NCBI GenBank assembly: GCA_038326995.1 | Contig: JBBQKP010000001.1 | Coordinates: 1-56,576, forward strand | Source: Tepidisphaerales bacterium | Lineage (GTDB): Bacteria; Planctomycetota; Phycisphaerae; Tepidisphaerales; Tepidisphaeraceae | DNA: 56,576 nt | Reading direction: 5' to 3' | Shown here: in pieces, positions 32,112-43,169 of the stretch | Layout: every line of letters begins with the position of its first letter | Numbering within the stretch: the first letter of the stretch is position 1 | Translations under genes and position numbers: made by a program | Notes under the pieces: generated by a model | Seen by the model: the letters and a program-made list of their open reading frames with translations, nothing else | What the model was told of the DNA's origin: nothing | Database searches by the model: none

Positions 32112-35100
32112 ATGCAAAAAGAAATGCTCATCAATGTTTCTGAGGGCGAGGAATGCAGAATCGCCCTCCTCGAAGACGGCCGTCTCGAAGAACTCTACAT
32201 GGAGCGAACCAGCTCCGCGAGCCACGTCGGCAACGTCTACAAGGGCCGCGTCATGAACGTCGAGCCTTCAATACAGGCCGCGTTCATTGATTTCGGCACC
32301 GGCCGAAACGGCTTCCTCCACATCTCCGATGTCATGCCCACGTACTTCGGTCGTCGCGGTGAAAATGTTCGTGAAACTGTCGGCCGAAAAATGGCACGAC
32401 GCGATCGACCGCCGATCCAGCAGTGTCTTCGACGCGGCGACGAAATTACCGTGCAGATCATCAAGGAAGGCATCGGAACCAAAGGCCCGACGCTCAGTAG
32501 TTACGTCAGCATTCCGGGCCGCATCCTGGTGATGATGCCCGGCGTGGGCAAGTCGGGCGTGTCACGCAAAATCGAAGACGAAGTCGAACGCAGGCGACTG
32601 CGAAAAATCCTCGACGAACTCGACCCGCCCAGGGAACTGGGTTTCATCATCCGCACCAACGGAATCGACAAGAGCAAGCAGGAAATCGAACGCGATCTGA
32701 AGTATCTGCTGCGGCTCTGGGAAACGATCGACAAGAAGAATCAGGAGCGCGGCCCCGTCGAGCTTTACGCCGAGGGCGACCTCATCATGCGAACCGTCCG
32801 CGACGTGTACGCGGCCGACGTCGATCGAATCGTGATCGACAACAAGGTTGTCGCCAAGCGTGTCAGCGATTTCTTCAAGCTGATGATGCCAAGGTCCAAG
32901 AGCAAGGTGGAATTTTACGAAGACCACACGCCGCTCTTTCACCGATACAACATTGAGCACGCCATCGAGCAGATGCACAGCAAGCGTGTGCCTCTCCCGA
33001 GCGGCGGCTCGCTCATCATTGACCAGACCGAGGCCGTCGTCGCGATCGACGTCAACAGCGGCAAGTTTCGCGAGCACTCTGACGCAGAAACAACGGCGTT
33101 TCAAACCGACCTCGAGGCGGCCGACGAAATTCCGCGTCAGCTTCGCCTGCGCGATCTGGGCGGCGTGGTGATCTGCGATTTCATCGACCTTCGCTTCGAG
33201 CGTCACCGCCGAGAGCTTGAAGCCAGGCTCGCAGAAAATCTTAAGAAGGACCGCTCAAAAACGCGTTTTCTGCAGATGAGCGAGTTCGGCATTATCGAAA
33301 TGACCAGGCAGCGCATGCGCCCCAGCCTCAAGCGCAGCATCTACCACGACTGCCTGCAGTGCGCGGGCACGGGCCTGGTAAAGACCAACGAATCGATCGG
33401 CCTGGACGCCGTCCGCAAGCTCGCACTGGCCGCGGCGGACGAGCGCGTGGTGAAGATTGATCTGCACATCGCGATGGAAGCGGCGCTGCACGTGCTGAAT
33501 CGAAAACGTGCCGCGATTTCTGAGATCGAACAGCGCAGCGGCAAGCCGATTCGCATCGTCGCCGACGCGACGCTCGCGGGTGATCAACTTAAGTTTGTGC
33601 TTGGCGACGACCGCGATACGAACGTCTATCTGGAAGTGCTCGACATGTCGCCCGAGGGCGAAGCGGCGCGTGGGAAGACGGAAACCAAACGAAAAGGTCG
33701 CGATCGAGGTAGGGACGGCGGCCGCGACAAGGCGAGAGACTCAGGTCGCGATCAGCGCGGCGGTCGATCATCGCGAGAAGATTTCGATGAAAACCCGCGC
33801 GGCGAAATATCTGAACGCGATGACGGCGATGAACGCGATAACGACGTTAGAGGGGAGCTGGATCGCGACATCGACGGCGACACCGCGCAGGACTCACGTG
33901 ATTCGTCGCGCTCGCGCCCGGCCGCTCAGACAGATCGAGATTCTGATGACCGCGATCGAGAAGACGCTGAGGAAGGTTCGGGGCAGGGTTCAGAGCAGGG
34001 CAGTCGGCGTCGACGACGACGAGGCCGCGGACGACCCGATTCGCAGGCCGAGCGAACAGCTCCGCCCGCGCGTCCGGCACCGCCGAAAATCAACGCGTCG
34101 GGCGAACGCGTGTACGAAACGGTCGGCGAGTACGACGTCGATCCACGCGAATTTGAAACGGACGACGACAGCGACAATCCCGATCAGAACCAGCGCGACG
34201 CCGGCCGACAGGGCGGGCGAGACCAACGTAACGCACCACGCAATGATCTGAGAAGTGAGCAGAGAAGTGATCAACGTGGCGATCAACGTCGTCAGGGCCA
34301 ACAACCTTCGCGCGACCAACGGCCTAATCAAGGTACAGGTGACAGGTCTGGCGATCGTTCTGGCAGATCGAGCAATGAGTCGGCTTCCACATCCAGCGGC
34401 CAGAAGCGCAATGAGCCACTTTTCCGCGTGAAACGGCCCGACTCACAGGCGCTTCCCGCCGCCGAATTGCCGGGTGGTGAGAAGCCGCTATTCCGAATTC
34501 GTCCAGTCGAGCGGCAAGCGATCGTGTTCCCGCAGTTAGGCGATTTCAAGCCGCAGCCGACCGCACTTCGCGGGCCGAAGGTGATTCGGGAAGACCCGAT
34601 TGATCTTCCCAATAGTGAATCAGGATCGGAGATGGATGATGATTACGATGATGAACTGGAGGATCGCAGCGAGTCGGGCGCCCGCGCTGTTGCGCGTGAC
34701 GGCGCGACAAAGGACACAGATCGCGGCGACATCGACGCTGATGCCAGTCCTGAAGTCGATGCTGAATTAGGAGCCGACGGCGGGCCGCGTCGCAAGCGGC
34801 GTCGTCGTGGTAGGCGTGGTCGCGGTGGGAAAGGTGCAACAGTCGACGCAGGACCGCCGCCTGTCGAAGTTTCCGCCTCACGAGACTTACGCAGCGATGA
34901 GATTGAAGATGAAGAAGATGACGAGCAGGACGTCGAAGACCGCATCGAGAGTCTAGAGAACCGCATCGAAAACGAGTCTCCGGAAAACTTGAGCGATGAC
35001 TCGGGAGTCGTGTTAATCGGCGATGTCGATGATGTCGAAGATCTAGACGAGGTCGAGATCAAACCCTCGCCTGCCGTAGTGCCGGAAGTCGTCAAGATCA

Positions 35101-35408
35101 CCAAAACGCGTCGCAAAGCGCCGGCCAAGGCGGGAACAAAAGAGAAGGTGGTCGCAGAAAAACCTGCCGCCGACGATGCGGCTCCCGCCAAAGCCACGTC
35201 GCGCCGAGGCGCGCCCAAGACGATTAAGAAAGAGCGAAAGCCCACTAAGGAAAAGCAGTCGGACAAGGACATCGAACTCGCACCGGTCGTTCCCACGGGT
35301 TCGAGCGATCGCCATTACGTCGAGACGGATTTGCCGCCCGTCGATTTCGGAAAGTTCACACTGAGCGATCTGGATTCCGTTCCGGACGATGATGATTTCG
35401 ACTCATAA
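32112..35408 (+). CDS. rne: ribonuclease E/G family endoribonuclease with a ~570-aa charged low-complexity C-terminal tail
   Basis: S1 domain GNVYKGRVMNVEPSIQAAFIDFG..RNGFLH, catalytic core VAIDVNSG.F, and Zn-link CLQCAGTG. The sequence after about residue 520 is rich in R/D/E/S. Confidence 0.93.
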   Translation: MQKEMLINVSEGEECRIALLEDGRLEELYMERTSSASHVGNVYKGRVMNVEPSIQAAFIDFGTGRNGFLHISDVMPTYFGRRGENVRETVGRKMARRDRPPIQQCLRRGDEITVQIIKEGIGTKGPTLSSYVSIPGRILVMMPGVGKSGVSRKIEDEVERRRLRKILDELDPPRELGFIIRTNGIDKSKQEIERDLKYLLRLWETIDKKNQERGPVELYAEGDLIMRTVRDVYAADVDRIVIDNKVVAKRVSDFFKLMMPRSKSKVEFYEDHTPLFHRYNIEHAIEQMHSKRVPLPSGGSLIIDQTEAVVAIDVNSGKFREHSDAETTAFQTDLEAADEIPRQLRLRDLGGVVICDFIDLRFERHRRELEARLAENLKKDRSKTRFLQMSEFGIIEMTRQRMRPSLKRSIYHDCLQCAGTGLVKTNESIGLDAVRKLALAAADERVVKIDLHIAMEAALHVLNRKRAAISEIEQRSGKPIRIVADATLAGDQLKFVLGDDRDTNVYLEVLDMSPEGEAARGKTETKRKGRDRGRDGGRDKARDSGRDQRGGRSSREDFDENPRGEISERDDGDERDNDVRGELDRDIDGDTAQDSRDSSRSRPAAQTDRDSDDRDREDAEEGSGQGSEQGSRRRRRRGRGRPDSQAERTAPPARPAPPKINASGERVYETVGEYDVDPREFETDDDSDNPDQNQRDAGRQGGRDQRNAPRNDLRSEQRSDQRGDQRRQGQQPSRDQRPNQGTGDRSGDRSGRSSNESASTSSGQKRNEPLFRVKRPDSQALPAAELPGGEKPLFRIRPVERQAIVFPQLGDFKPQPTALRGPKVIREDPIDLPNSESGSEMDDDYDDELEDRSESGARAVARDGATKDTDRGDIDADASPEVDAELGADGGPRRKRRRRGRRGRGGKGATVDAGPPPVEVSASRDLRSDEIEDEEDDEQDVEDRIESLENRIENESPENLSDDSGVVLIGDVDDVEDLDEVEIKPSPAVVPEVVKITKTRRKAPAKAGTKEKVVAEKPAADDAAPAKATSRRGAPKTIKKERKPTKEKQSDKDIELAPVVPTGSSDRHYVETDLPPVDFGKFTLSDLDSVPDDDDFDS

Positions 35409-35446
35409 GCACGCGATTTAGTCTGAAATTATGGTTCATTAATTTT

Positions 35447-35483
35447 CCGCGAGCAGCAACCTAAAGCTGCTCGCGGATTTTTG
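35447..35483 (+). terminator. rho-independent terminator after rne
   Basis: 11-bp perfect stem ccgcgagcagc/gctgctcgcgg, loop aacctaaa, then atttttg. Confidence 0.85.
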
Positions 35484-35501
35484 TTGGACTAAACTATCGT
35501 C

Positions 35502-36440
35502 ATGATTCTGGGCATCCATCACGTCACCGCGATCACTTCCGACGGCCAGAAGAGCATCGACTTCTACGCTGGCCTGCTCGGTCTACGCGTCGTCAAGGTC
35601 ACTGTGAACTTCGACGATCCGGGCAGCTATCACCTTTACTTCGGCGACGCCAGCGGATCGCCCGGTTCGATCGTGACGTTCTTCGTCTGGCCCGGTGCTC
35701 ATCGCGGCCGCGTGGGCAATGGACAAGTCGTGGCGACCACCTTCGCAGTGCCCAGCGGCTCGCTGGTCTACTGGATGGACCGATTGCAGCATGCAAGCGT
35801 TGTGACGACTTCATCGACGCGGTTAGGCAAAAACGTGCTGCGATTCGCCGATTTCGACGGCCTGATTCTCGAACTGATCGAGAGCGGCGATACGCGTCAC
35901 CCGTGGAGTAAAGGCGGCGTCGATGAAGCACACGCGATCCGCGGAATCGATGGCGTCACGCTCGGCGTCGAAGCATCAGAGCACACGGCCAGGCTGCTCA
36001 CCGAAACGCTCGCGCTCAAGGCGTCCGACGTCGAATCGAATCGATCGCGTTTCGAGACGGCAGGCTCGAATGGCAATCGGATCGATGTCCTTTGTCAGCC
36101 TGGAGCATCGCACGGGTCGATGGGCGCGGGCGTCGTTCATCACGTTGCGATTCGAGTCGCAGACGATCCGACCGAACTCAGATGGCGGCACACGCTCACG
36201 TCCGAAGGTTACAACGTGTCGCCTGTGATGGACCGAACCTATTTCCATTCGATCTACTTTCGCGAAAAGGGCGGCGTGTTGTTTGAGATCGCGACGGACC
36301 AGCCCGGCATGTCCGTCGACGAGCCGTCTGAATCGATCGGAACATTGCTCAGGCTTCCACCTGGCGTGGAAAAATTCCGGGCAGAGCTGAAAGGGCATTT
36401 GCCCCAGCTCAAACTGCCAGGCGGCGAAGTTATTCCGTAA
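35502..36440 (+). CDS. ring-cleaving dioxygenase, VOC/glyoxalase superfamily (MhqO/YfiE-like, two-domain)
   Basis: MILGIHHVTAITSD..KSIDFY.GLLGLR.VK.TVNFDDP..YHLYFGD..G.PG...TFF.W; a second VOC repeat contains HHVA.RV. Confidence 0.85.
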   Translation: MILGIHHVTAITSDGQKSIDFYAGLLGLRVVKVTVNFDDPGSYHLYFGDASGSPGSIVTFFVWPGAHRGRVGNGQVVATTFAVPSGSLVYWMDRLQHASVVTTSSTRLGKNVLRFADFDGLILELIESGDTRHPWSKGGVDEAHAIRGIDGVTLGVEASEHTARLLTETLALKASDVESNRSRFETAGSNGNRIDVLCQPGASHGSMGAGVVHHVAIRVADDPTELRWRHTLTSEGYNVSPVMDRTYFHSIYFREKGGVLFEIATDQPGMSVDEPSESIGTLLRLPPGVEKFRAELKGHLPQLKLPGGEVIP

Positions 36441-36442
36441 GA

Positions 36443-37060
36443 ATGGTCGTGGATATTCAATACTTCCAACATCGATTTGTTCCCAGTTCGGGTTCCGTAC
36501 GAACGTTGCTCATGCTGCACGGCACGGGCGGCACCGAGGATGATCTCATTCCGATCGCGAAAAATCTCGACCCGCTGGCCGCGATCATCAGTCCGCGCGG
36601 CCGTGTCTCGGAGAACGGCATGCCGCGATTTTTCCGCAGGCTCGCCGAAGGTGTGTTCGACATCCCCGACCTCATCGAGCGGTCGAATGAATTGGCGGAC
36701 TGGATTGGCGCCGCGGCGATGCAATACGCGTTCGATCTTTCGAAGCTCGTCGCAGTCGGATACAGCAACGGCGCCAACATCGCGGGCGGAGTGATTCTGC
36801 TTCGCCCCGGCGTGATCACGACGGCGATCCTGCTTCGGCCGATGGTGCCATTCGTGCCGCCAGTTCTGCCCGATCTTTCGGCCGGCCACGTGCTGATCGC
36901 AGCCGGCGCGTTCGATCCTATCGCGCCCAAACCGCAAATCGAAGCTCTAGAAAGATTGCTGAAGTCGTGCGGCGTGTCGGTCACCACGCATACTTCTGAT
37001 GCCTCACACGGGTTGGTGAAGGAAGATATCGACGTGTCGCGTGAATGGCTCGAGCAGTAG
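36443..37060 (+). CDS. alpha/beta hydrolase, phospholipase/carboxylesterase family (MhqD-like)
   Basis: LLMLHGTGG.E.DL, nucleophile elbow GYSNGAN, and a start 2 nt after the preceding stop. Confidence 0.85.
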   Translation: MVVDIQYFQHRFVPSSGSVRTLLMLHGTGGTEDDLIPIAKNLDPLAAIISPRGRVSENGMPRFFRRLAEGVFDIPDLIERSNELADWIGAAAMQYAFDLSKLVAVGYSNGANIAGGVILLRPGVITTAILLRPMVPFVPPVLPDLSAGHVLIAAGAFDPIAPKPQIEALERLLKSCGVSVTTHTSDASHGLVKEDIDVSREWLEQ

Positions 37061-37646
37061 GAGATCGACGCGATTGGGTCGCACCGCTATGGCCTCAAGG
37101 TCTGGTCATGGCCTCAGGCCAACAAAAGCTTTTTCGGGCTTAAAAAATATACCGCTGCCGACTGCGGCGACATCAACTCTCCGCTTGCCACACAACAGCT
37201 TTTGGCAACCGACGAACCATCGAATTCACCCCCGGCCGGATGCGTTGACCAGGTGCCCTTACTCGCCCTTTTGATAACGGATAAAAATCTCTTCCGCCCA
37301 CTTCACCTCCAACCCGTGCGGCATGACACGCCCGTTCTCTCACAAAACATCAACATGTATTGCAGGACGGGCCCGATACCAGAAAGTAATTCTTAATTAC
37401 CGCGAGGAACTAACGATCGGACCAATGCTGACGGCCCGAAAGTGCGATAAATGGAGATTCAGATTCACTGAGGTGTGATTGCGAGCAAAATGCTCCGTCC
37501 CTGGTTTGCACCCTGAGTCGCGCTGCATCTGAACGGCTATGTGCGTCAATCGAAGTTATGCGGACTCTGTGCGTACGTTGTGTGTGCTGTGTCGAATCGA
37601 GTCGGCCCATTATCATCAGTCGTCATTCTAAACAGAGACCCGCGCT

Positions 37647-40373
37647 ATGAAAATCGGCATCATCATCCTCGGCCTCGTCGCGATCTGCACTGCGGTTCTG
37701 CTTTCCCTCACCCAGGCGGTCGGCCCGACCTCGCGTGCCGCACAAGACGTGGCGACATGGCGCGTCGCACCAACGGGCGGATTCTCCTTCGAAATCACAC
37801 GCGGCAATCAGGTCGCCGCGACGATGGGTCTGGTGCACTGGGGGCCGGACTGGAAGTGGTATGAGTTTCCAAAGAGTGTCGCCCTGGCCGATGACGGAAC
37901 GCAGACAGCGAAGGTGGCAGCGACGGTCCCGTCGTCGGTTGCTGGCACGCAGTCAAACGTCGTGCTCGACTACCGATATTCTACGGCGCCCGATGCCGCG
38001 ACGTGGAGCTACGACTTCACCGCGACAGAGAAGACGCCGATCGTCGGCTCGGTCCTCGAAGTCACACCCGACGCGAATTTTTTTGCCGGCGGGAAGGTCA
38101 AGCTCGTTTTGCCGGGCGGGGGTTCGGAGATTCGCGACTGGCCGCTGGGCACGACCGATGCGGCCGGGCCGTTCGCGCGGGTGGAGTTCGTCGCGCCGGG
38201 CGGGGAGTCGTTCGCTTTTGATCTGAAGCCTGGGAGCATCGTGGCGGGTCAGGGCGATGCTGTGCGAATTTATCTTGCGAAGGATGAGTTCGCTGTCGGT
38301 TCGACAGGCCCGCGAACGATCACGCTTACCGCGTCGGGCGCGGCCGCGTTCGGCTCCGCCGCTCCAAGGCCGGCCGTTGTCGACGACCTGAGCACATGGT
38401 TTCCATATCGCATCGACAAATCCGGCCCGCCGCTCGATCTGTCCTTCCTCAATAAGGACGCGGCCGGAAAATTTATTCCCGCCGGTAAAGACGGATTCGT
38501 GAAAATCATCGGCGAGCATTTCGCCTTTGCAGACAACAGCCGCGCGAAATTCTGGGGCGTGAACGTGACGGCGGGGGCATTGACCGACTCGCCCGCGCGC
38601 GGAAAAGAGATCGCCGATCGACTTGCAAAAATGGGCGTCAATCTTGTTCGCATTCATCATATGGACAGTTGGCACAAGCCGATCATTGACACGGAAAATC
38701 CAGACGGCACGACACAGAACCTCAATCTGCTAACGCTCGAAACGATCGACTCATTCGTAAAAGAACTCAACGCACGCGGGATTTACGTCAAGCCCGATCC
38801 ATGGGTGCAGCGGTTCTTTCGCGAAAACGACGGCGTGGCCGCGTGGGAGAAATTCGAAGAGCGAAACAATCACCACCTGCATCCATACGTCTTCTTCGAC
38901 CCGAAAATGCAGGAGTTGATTCGCAAGCAGTTCATTGGAATGCTGTCGCACGTCGGCCAATCGACGGGAATCTCGATGTTCAATAATCCGGGCATCGCGT
39001 TCTTTCAAGTCGCCAACGAAGCGCTGATGCAGAGGGGCGGAGGGCACGTTGAGCACGAGCCTTACCGGTCTGCCTTCGTCAAATTTTTCAACGCGTGGCA
39101 GCTCAAGAACAATTTACCCGTCGGCGGCGACCCGGTCGGCAATAACTATTCGCCCGAGCATCAGAAATTCTACATCGACCTGATGCGAAATTTTTACGCG
39201 TCGATGAACAAGGCGTACCGCGAGGTCGGCGCGAAAGTGCCGATCGGAACTTCGAACTGGATGGTCTGGGCGTGGGAGCTGCGCTCGCAAAGCAAGGGCG
39301 AGTTCATGGACGCACACCACTATTACGGCGGAGACAAGGTCGGGCCGGGCGGTGAACTTGGAAGGCTCTGGACGCTCGACGCGCCGGGCCGCACGAACGG
39401 GCCGTTCGGGCCGATCGCCGCCAGCCGAATCGTCGGCAAGCCGATGATGATCTCCGAGGTCGGCGACAATCCGCCCAAGACATTTCGCGCGGCTTATCCA
39501 ATCGGGCTGGCCGTGGTTTCGAGCCTTCAGGGTTACGACGCCATCATTGGCTATGCCTATTCGCAGACGGGTCAATCCTTCGACAAGCTCGACGCGTTCG
39601 AATGGGAAAGTGATCCCGTTTCGGTCGCGATGTGGTCGGCCGCGTCGCTCATTTATCGCCGCGGCGACATTCAGCCCGGCAAGAACGTTTTCACGATGCA
39701 CCTTACCGGCGGCGAGCAATACGCCATGCACTGGGAGGCCGAGAACAAGCGAATGTTCTACAACACGCCGCGATTCAATCAGCTTCTGGAAACGTCGCGT
39801 GTCAATGTGTGGTGTGAAGACGACGGCCCGATGCCCGCCGGAACGGGGACGGTGATCACCGCGCAGGAAGCGGCGAGCTACAGGCCGACGAACCCGATCG
39901 TCAGCGATACGGGCGAGCTGTTTCGCGATTTCGAAAAGGGCTTCGGCTCGATCAACACTCCGCGAACGAGCGCGGCGTACGGCATGGTGGGCGGGCAATC
40001 CATCAAGACCGCCGCGGCGACGTTTGATATCGCCACGCCGTTCGCTTCGGTCGTGCTTTCAAGCATGACAGACGAGCCGATCATCAGCAGCACGAAGATG
40101 CTTTTGATCACCGCGGCCAGGGCGCAGAACACGGGCCGCGTCGCGAATCTGTCGGCTCGGCGAATCACCGACGACGGCAAAGGCCCTGTGCTGTGTGAGC
40201 CGGTCACGGGCAAAATTGCGATCAACACGACGCACGCCAGACTGAGCGTAGTCGCACTGAACGCCGACGGTACGAAGCAGCCGCCCAGGGTGATTGATGC
40301 CGTCAACGGCGTCGTCACTATCTCGCTGGAAGCGAGCGCGAAGACGCTGTTCTATGAGATCACCGCGCCGTAG
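37647..40373 (+). CDS. secreted large protein with a clan GH-A (GH5-like TIM-barrel) glycoside hydrolase domain
   Basis: Signal peptide MKIGIIILGLVAICTAVLLSL. FWGVNVT...MGVNLVRIHHMD, a candidate acid/base in VANEALM, and a candidate nucleophile in MMISEVGDN. The N-terminal ~250 aa and the C-terminal beta-rich region are unassigned. Confidence 0.7.
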   Translation: MKIGIIILGLVAICTAVLLSLTQAVGPTSRAAQDVATWRVAPTGGFSFEITRGNQVAATMGLVHWGPDWKWYEFPKSVALADDGTQTAKVAATVPSSVAGTQSNVVLDYRYSTAPDAATWSYDFTATEKTPIVGSVLEVTPDANFFAGGKVKLVLPGGGSEIRDWPLGTTDAAGPFARVEFVAPGGESFAFDLKPGSIVAGQGDAVRIYLAKDEFAVGSTGPRTITLTASGAAAFGSAAPRPAVVDDLSTWFPYRIDKSGPPLDLSFLNKDAAGKFIPAGKDGFVKIIGEHFAFADNSRAKFWGVNVTAGALTDSPARGKEIADRLAKMGVNLVRIHHMDSWHKPIIDTENPDGTTQNLNLLTLETIDSFVKELNARGIYVKPDPWVQRFFRENDGVAAWEKFEERNNHHLHPYVFFDPKMQELIRKQFIGMLSHVGQSTGISMFNNPGIAFFQVANEALMQRGGGHVEHEPYRSAFVKFFNAWQLKNNLPVGGDPVGNNYSPEHQKFYIDLMRNFYASMNKAYREVGAKVPIGTSNWMVWAWELRSQSKGEFMDAHHYYGGDKVGPGGELGRLWTLDAPGRTNGPFGPIAASRIVGKPMMISEVGDNPPKTFRAAYPIGLAVVSSLQGYDAIIGYAYSQTGQSFDKLDAFEWESDPVSVAMWSAASLIYRRGDIQPGKNVFTMHLTGGEQYAMHWEAENKRMFYNTPRFNQLLETSRVNVWCEDDGPMPAGTGTVITAQEAASYRPTNPIVSDTGELFRDFEKGFGSINTPRTSAAYGMVGGQSIKTAAATFDIATPFASVVLSSMTDEPIISSTKMLLITAARAQNTGRVANLSARRITDDGKGPVLCEPVTGKIAINTTHARLSVVALNADGTKQPPRVIDAVNGVVTISLEASAKTLFYEITAP

Positions 40374-40391
40374 ATCTATTGAACAAAGAAA

Positions 40392-40420
40392 CCGCGTGCT
40401 CAGCCAGGCTGAGCACGCGG
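40392..40420. terminator. strong hairpin between convergent genes (terminator for rpoD, possibly bidirectional)
   Basis: 12-bp perfect stem ccgcgtgctcag/ctgagcacgcgg with loop ccagg. A T-rich tract (tttctttgtt) follows on the minus strand. Confidence 0.8.
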
Positions 40421-40460
40421 GAGAACGTCTGTTAGAGATTGATCGACTCGCGTACTGGTC

Positions 40461-42665
40461 TCAAACCGTCAGGCCGCCAGGCAGGAAGCCTTCGAGCTTG
40501 CGGGCCCGCACTGGGTGCTGAAGTTTGCGAATGGCCTTGGCTTCGACCTGCCGCACACGTTCGCGTGTGACCTTGAAGATTCGGCCCACTTCTTCGAGCG
40601 TGTAGGTGTAGCCGTCGCCGATGCCGTAGCGAAGCTTGATGATTTCGCGTTCGCGGTAGGTGAGGGTTTTGAGGACCTGTTCGATCTTATCCTTGAGCAT
40701 TTCCTGCGTTGCGGACTCGACCGGATTCTCGGCCTTTTCGTCCTCAATGAAGTCGCCGAAGTAGCTGTCTTCGGACTCGCCGACCGGGCGATCGAGTGAG
40801 ATCGGGTGACGGCTGATTTTCAGAACGCGACGCGTTTCGGTCACGGGCATTTTCGCCTTCTTGGCGATTTCTTCGATCGTCGGCTCGCGGCCGAATTCCT
40901 GCATGAGCATCTTGCTGATGTTGCGCAGCTTGCTCATCGTTTCGATCATGTGCACGGGAATGCGAATCGTGCGGGCATGGTCGGCGATCGCACGGGTAAT
41001 TGCCTGGCGGATCCACCATGTGGCGTAGGTGCTGAACTTGAATCCTCGTCGATATTCGTATTTGTCGACGGCGCGCATCAGGCCGGTGTTGCCTTCCTGA
41101 ATGATGTCCAGGAACGACAGACCGCGGTTGCGATATTTCTTGGCGATCGAAACCACCAGGCGAAGGTTTCCGCCCGAGAGTTTTCGCTTGGCGTCTTCGT
41201 ACTTGTTGTAGATCTTGCGGACCTGATACACGCGCTTCTGAAGCGACTGTGCGTCTTCCATGACCAGATCTTCCAGGCCTGAAAGTTCCTGCTGGCAGAC
41301 TTCCAGGTCTTCGCCCGGATTTTTCAGCTTCTGCAGTGCGACGATGCGGTGTTCGAGCTCGACCATCTTTGTGCTGATGGACGAAAGACGCTTGTATAGC
41401 GGCGTGATGCGGCTGGTTCGAAGCGAAAGTTCTTCGAGCAACTTCACCACTCGACGGCGCCTGCGACGCAGACGAAGAAGATGCTCGGCGGCCTCTTTCT
41501 TGACCTTCGCGTTGCGGTAAAGATCCCAGTCGGCGCTGTTACGCTGAAGCATCTCGCGGATGGTCGCGAGGTTGGTCGGAATACGCTGGCCGATCGTGCC
41601 TTTGTCGGCCTGATCTTCGGCGGTGGAGATTTTCATCGTGCGGTCGAAGGGCAAGTCGCCGCTCTCGACCTGACTCAGCGTTTTAACGGCTTCGTTGATG
41701 CAATAGTCGGACTCCAGAACGCGCGAGCGATAAATCTTTCGCGTGATTTCGATCTTCTTGGCGAGGTAGATTTCCTCCCACCGCGTCAGCAGCGGGATTT
41801 CGCCCATCTGCGTGAGATACATGCGAACCGGATCGTCGATCCGCTTGTTCCCGGCTTCGGTGAGTTCCTTCTCAAGCTCGGAGAGATCTTCCTCGTCGGC
41901 ATCTTCTTCTTCGACGGCATTGGGATCAAACCCATCGGCATCAGGCATGGAAATGCGGGGCGTCGGATTTTTCAACTCGGCCTTGGCTTCGGCGCGGGCG
42001 GCGGCCTTGGCGGCGGACTTTTGAGCGACCTCCTTCGGATCGAGTTTCTCGGGTCGGCCGATCGGGATGGTGGCGTTGGATGTCATCGCCGCGATGTGCA
42101 GCGCGGCCGATTCCTTCGTCGCGTTCGCCAGCGCCGTTGTCGAAACGTTGTTCGTCGGGGTGGTGATGACCTTCGCGGGTGCGGCGACGGCCTTGACGGC
42201 CTTCTTTAGTTTCTCGCGTGTCGCGGCGGCGGACAGGCCCGACTCATTGCCTTCTTTGGATCGCTTCTTGTTGAAGTCGTCGATGTCAGAATCATCGATG
42301 AGCTTGATGCCCATCTCGTCGATGTTCATCAAGAGCGAATCAAGCCGTTCGGGCGAAACAACTTCGTCGGGGAGCTTGGTATTGAGTTCTTCGTAGGTGA
42401 GGTAGCCGCGCGTCGTACCCATTTCGAGCAGGATGCCGACGCGGCGGACGACTTCGTCCGTCGTACCCGAACCGATGAGCAGTTCGCCCGGCGGAGGCGG
42501 AGGCGGGGCGATTGCGGTGGCGACGCCCATGACCTGCGGGCCTGTTCCGACGGACTCTCTCGCCTGATCCACACGTGCCTGATCGACACGGGTTTGTTCC
42601 GCACGGGCGTGGTCACGCGTCGACGGTTCCTTCAAGTTGCTCTCGTTTTTGGCGGCGTCTTTCAT
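40461..42665 (-). CDS. rpoD: primary RNA polymerase sigma factor (sigma-70) with a long N-terminal region
   Basis: Region 2 ([56 protein letters not shown]), region 3, and region 4.2 ([27 protein letters not shown]). Confidence 0.97.
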   Translation of the reverse strand: MKDAAKNESNLKEPSTRDHARAEQTRVDQARVDQARESVGTGPQVMGVATAIAPPPPPPGELLIGSGTTDEVVRRVGILLEMGTTRGYLTYEELNTKLPDEVVSPERLDSLLMNIDEMGIKLIDDSDIDDFNKKRSKEGNESGLSAAATREKLKKAVKAVAAPAKVITTPTNNVSTTALANATKESAALHIAAMTSNATIPIGRPEKLDPKEVAQKSAAKAAARAEAKAELKNPTPRISMPDADGFDPNAVEEEDADEEDLSELEKELTEAGNKRIDDPVRMYLTQMGEIPLLTRWEEIYLAKKIEITRKIYRSRVLESDYCINEAVKTLSQVESGDLPFDRTMKISTAEDQADKGTIGQRIPTNLATIREMLQRNSADWDLYRNAKVKKEAAEHLLRLRRRRRRVVKLLEELSLRTSRITPLYKRLSSISTKMVELEHRIVALQKLKNPGEDLEVCQQELSGLEDLVMEDAQSLQKRVYQVRKIYNKYEDAKRKLSGGNLRLVVSIAKKYRNRGLSFLDIIQEGNTGLMRAVDKYEYRRGFKFSTYATWWIRQAITRAIADHARTIRIPVHMIETMSKLRNISKMLMQEFGREPTIEEIAKKAKMPVTETRRVLKISRHPISLDRPVGESEDSYFGDFIEDEKAENPVESATQEMLKDKIEQVLKTLTYREREIIKLRYGIGDGYTYTLEEVGRIFKVTRERVRQVEAKAIRKLQHPVRARKLEGFLPGGLTV

Positions 42666-43140
42666 AAGTTGCGGTCTGCCTTCTGTTGAATGTCGTCTTA
42701 GGCGATTATCGCCTGAAACCCGGTATTTTAAGCTCGCTGAGTGATCGATTGATTAGCCACAGATTGCTGTGTGATCGTGTCCGACATAGCAACGCTTCAC
42801 CATATCACATAATTTGACCCGTGCGTGGTCTCTATCTGATGAAACAGTTCTGAATCCATACGGAAGCACGTCAATTCGCAAGGTTCAACCGCAGAAATCC
42901 CGTTGGTATGCTGGCTGATTACACGATAGACGGTCAGACGAAAAGATGAGGACTCGATGGCCCGATGGCGTGTTTAGGCGTTTGCTTGAACGTCTGCTCG
43001 ATCACCCGACGAAAAACCCGCCCGGGAGGACCTGTGTCCCGAGAATTCGTGCTCTATGGTAATTTCTAGTCGAGTCGTGACCAGGCGGCGGAACCGTTCC
43101 GATGCCGTTAACCTGCTGTTCCGATCGCCTCACTTCCGAC

Positions 43141-43169
43141 ATTATAGCAAGTGCAGAATAAAAGTCGAA
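43141..43169 (-). promoter_or_regulatory. sigma-70-like promoter candidate (TTCGAC-17-TATAAT, with TGC just upstream of -10) about 470 nt upstream of rpoD
   Basis: The minus strand reads cattcgacttttattctgcacttgctataat. It lies in the 617-bp AT-richer gap between the peroxidase gene and rpoD. Planctomycete promoter rules are poorly known. Confidence 0.3.

Noticed and set aside
37061-37646. 586-bp gap after the MhqD-like gene, with small ORFs (37041-37274, 37202-37396, 37410-37616), a 10-bp palindrome aaaagctttt (37127-37136) and a 21-codon micro-ORF on the minus strand (about 37275-37340)
   Set aside because: None of the ORFs has a plausible RBS, composition or motif. The palindrome is too short and AT-rich to call a terminator with confidence. 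The region is left unannotated as a possible promoter/leader of the 37647 gene.
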